This document shows positions 62,346 through 64,000 of a stretch of 64,000 nucleotides of DNA, piece after piece. The notes under the pieces are model-generated. The model did no database searches. It saw only the letters and a list, made by a program, of their open reading frames with translations, and was not told the origin of the DNA. Position numbers and translations under genes: made by a program. The DNA is from Bacillota bacterium (GTDB taxonomy: Bacteria > Bacillota > Sulfobacillia > Sulfobacillales > JAIMBI01), in assembly GCA_021820465.1 (NCBI GenBank), contig JAKADP010000004.1, forward strand, positions 11,319 to 75,318, read 5' to 3'. Within the stretch, counting starts at the first letter, position 1, and every line of letters begins with the position of its first letter.

Positions 62346-64000
62346 ATGACCGCAGCCGAGATTCGCGAACGGTTTATTCAGTTTTTTGTCGACCGGGGCC
62401 ACCGGGTGGTTCCCAGTTCCTCGCTGGTGCCCGCTGGGGATCCGACTCTGTTGTTCACCAACGCGGGCATGAACCAATTTAAAGATGTGCTGACCGGCCA
62501 CGAGCGCCGGTCCTACCGACGGGCCGTGTCGGTGCAGAAGTGCGTGAGGGCCGGGGGCAAGCATAACGACTTGGACAACGTGGGGCGGACGGCTCGCCAC
62601 CAGACGTTCTTCGAAATGCTGGGCAATTGGTCCTTCGGAGACTACGGCAAGCGCGAGGCGATCGCGTGGGCCTGGGAATTCGCCACCCAAGAGCTGGGCT
62701 TGCCCGCAGATCGCCTGTGGGCCACGGTGCATCCTGACGACGTCGAGAGCCAATCGCTGTGGCCGGCCGTGACCAGCCTGCCCGCCGAGCGCGTGGTGGC
62801 CCTGGAGGAAAATTTCTGGGAAATGGCAGATACCGGGCCGTGTGGGCCTGACAGCGAGCTGTTCATCGACCGCGGCGCTGAGTGGGCTTGCGGGCCCGAC
62901 TGCGGGATTGGGCGGTGCGAGTGCGACCGCTTTGAAGAATTTTGGAACCTGGTGTTTATTCAGTATGATCGAGATGCAGCCGGCCGCCTCACCCCGTTGC
63001 CCATGCAGTCGGTGGACACGGGGATGGGGCTTGAGCGCATTGCGGCCATTGTCCAGGATGTGCCGTCCAACTTCGAGACCGATGTCCTGCGTCCCCTGAT
63101 CACCGCGGTGGAGGAGCTGTCCGGGCGGCCCTACGCGCCGGATGCGGCCGGGCTGCCCTTTCGCGTAATTGCCGACCATGCGCGGTGCATCACGATGCTC
63201 ATGGCGGATGGCGTCCAATTCTCCAACCGTGACCGCGGCTATGTCATGCGGCGCATCCTGCGCCGCGCCGTCCGGTATGGACGCCTGCTGGGCCTCACCG
63301 GGCCGTTTCTGCACCGCCTTGTGCCGGTGGTGTCGGCCATGCTGGGGCCAGTGTATCCCGAGGTGGCGGCCGGACTGGAAACCATTGCCGCCGGCATTCG
63401 CGGGGAGGAGCAGCGGTTCCACGCCACGCTGGAGGAGGGGCTCGAGCGGCTGACCGCCATGCTGGCCGAGGTCCCGCCGGGCGGCCAGCTGGCTGGCCGC
63501 GACGCCTTCCTGCTGTATGACACCTACGGCTTTCCGCTCGATTTGACCCAGGATGCGGTGCGCGAAGCCGGCAGGAGCATTGACCTCGAGGGCTTTGCCG
63601 AGGCCATGGAGGCGCAGCGCGCGCGTGCGCGCGCCGGGCAGGCCACGGGCCGCGCCGGCCTGCCCCCGATGCCGCCGAGCCGATTTGTAGGCTATGACAC
63701 CCTCGACGCCACGGCCGTGCTGGAGATGATGGTCCAGGACGACGAGCCGGTGAGGCAGGCGCAGGTGGGCGAGCGGGTGGCGGTGTACGCTGGCGCCACC
63801 CCGTTCTATCCCGAGGGCGGGGGTCAGGTGGGGGACCACGGCACGCTGGAGGGGCCGCAGGGGCGAATGGCCATCACGGACGTGCAGAAGGTGCATGGCG
63901 CGATCTGGCACTGGGGCGAGGTGACCGAGGGCGTGGTGGCCGCGGGGCAATCGGTCCGCCTGGCGGTGGATCCCGCATGGCGATCCGGTGCCATGCGGAA
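62346..64000 (+). CDS. alaS: alanine--tRNA ligase (5' part; continues beyond the window)
   Basis: Own translation from ATG 62346 after a GGAGGGAG SD: MTAAEIRERFIQFFVDRGHRVVPSSSLVPAGDPTLLFTNAGMNQFKDV... The frame stays open to the window end and is absent from the ORF track. Confidence 0.95.
   Translation, partial: MTAAEIRERFIQFFVDRGHRVVPSSSLVPAGDPTLLFTNAGMNQFKDVLTGHERRSYRRAVSVQKCVRAGGKHNDLDNVGRTARHQTFFEMLGNWSFGDYGKREAIAWAWEFATQELGLPADRLWATVHPDDVESQSLWPAVTSLPAERVVALEENFWEMADTGPCGPDSELFIDRGAEWACGPDCGIGRCECDRFEEFWNLVFIQYDRDAAGRLTPLPMQSVDTGMGLERIAAIVQDVPSNFETDVLRPLITAVEELSGRPYAPDAAGLPFRVIADHARCITMLMADGVQFSNRDRGYVMRRILRRAVRYGRLLGLTGPFLHRLVPVVSAMLGPVYPEVAAGLETIAAGIRGEEQRFHATLEEGLERLTAMLAEVPPGGQLAGRDAFLLYDTYGFPLDLTQDAVREAGRSIDLEGFAEAMEAQRARARAGQATGRAGLPPMPPSRFVGYDTLDATAVLEMMVQDDEPVRQAQVGERVAVYAGATPFYPEGGGQVGDHGTLEGPQGRMAITDVQKVHGAIWHWGEVTEGVVAAGQSVRLAVDPAWRSGAMR

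Noticed and set aside
61917-63950. Very long minus-strand ORF (677 aa), along with similar ones at 24393..25697, 32114..33622, 40912..42336, 35736..37025, 16653..17858, 54111..55280, 57050..58060 and 17930..19036.
   Set aside because: Each lies antisense to a confidently recognised gene (alaS, BNR protein, selB, relA, secF, ccmC, rarA, sdhA, meaB). Their translations are Arg/Pro/Gly/His-rich low-complexity sequence with no motifs. This is the expected artefact of stop-codon depletion in very GC-rich DNA.

Overview
Very GC-rich bacterial chromosome segment (roughly two-thirds G+C by eye), read without any database search. All product names come from motif and family recognition in the supplied translations. 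The gene order is Bacillota (Firmicutes)-like and mostly housekeeping: secD-secF-recJ-apt-relA-dtd-hisS-aspS, then rarA, an Rrf2 regulator-mnmA pair, and alaS, as in Bacillus subtilis. The window also holds asnB, several SDR, GNAT and HAD enzymes, a 7Fe ferredoxin, and a complete System-I cytochrome c maturation operon (ccmE, ccmF, two unknown ORFs, ccmABCD). It further holds a B12-binding mutase subunit with meaB, acyl-CoA dehydrogenase, dapB, enoyl-CoA hydratase, an orphan peptide-type solute-binding lipoprotein, a 1055-aa BNR/Asp-box protein, murT, selB and sdhCDBA. There are three tRNAs: a tandem Leu-GAG and Leu-CAG pair, and Pro-CGG. Many long ORFs in the track are antisense or 5'-extended artefacts of the high GC; I trimmed starts to SD-preceded start codons where I could see them. 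The most interesting items are listed here.
1. An Rpn (YhgA-like PD-(D/E)XK) nuclease gene carries an in-frame internal SD+ATG that would express its C-terminal domain separately, like an RpnS intragenic antitoxin. It also has a (REEG)n 12-bp repeat expansion and a frameshifted stand-alone copy of that same C-terminal module just downstream.
2. An unannotated roughly 215-nt RNA with a consensus promoter and an intrinsic terminator looks like 6S RNA.
3. CcmE is a Cys-type variant, there is no ccmG/H, and two unknown ORFs sit inside the ccm operon.
4. selB is translationally coupled to an RsbX-like PP2C phosphatase and a mini P-loop NTPase.
5. A helically phased 10-bp tandem repeat array lies upstream of the mutase/meaB genes.
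I saw no CRISPR array, rRNA, integrase or classical IS transposase.
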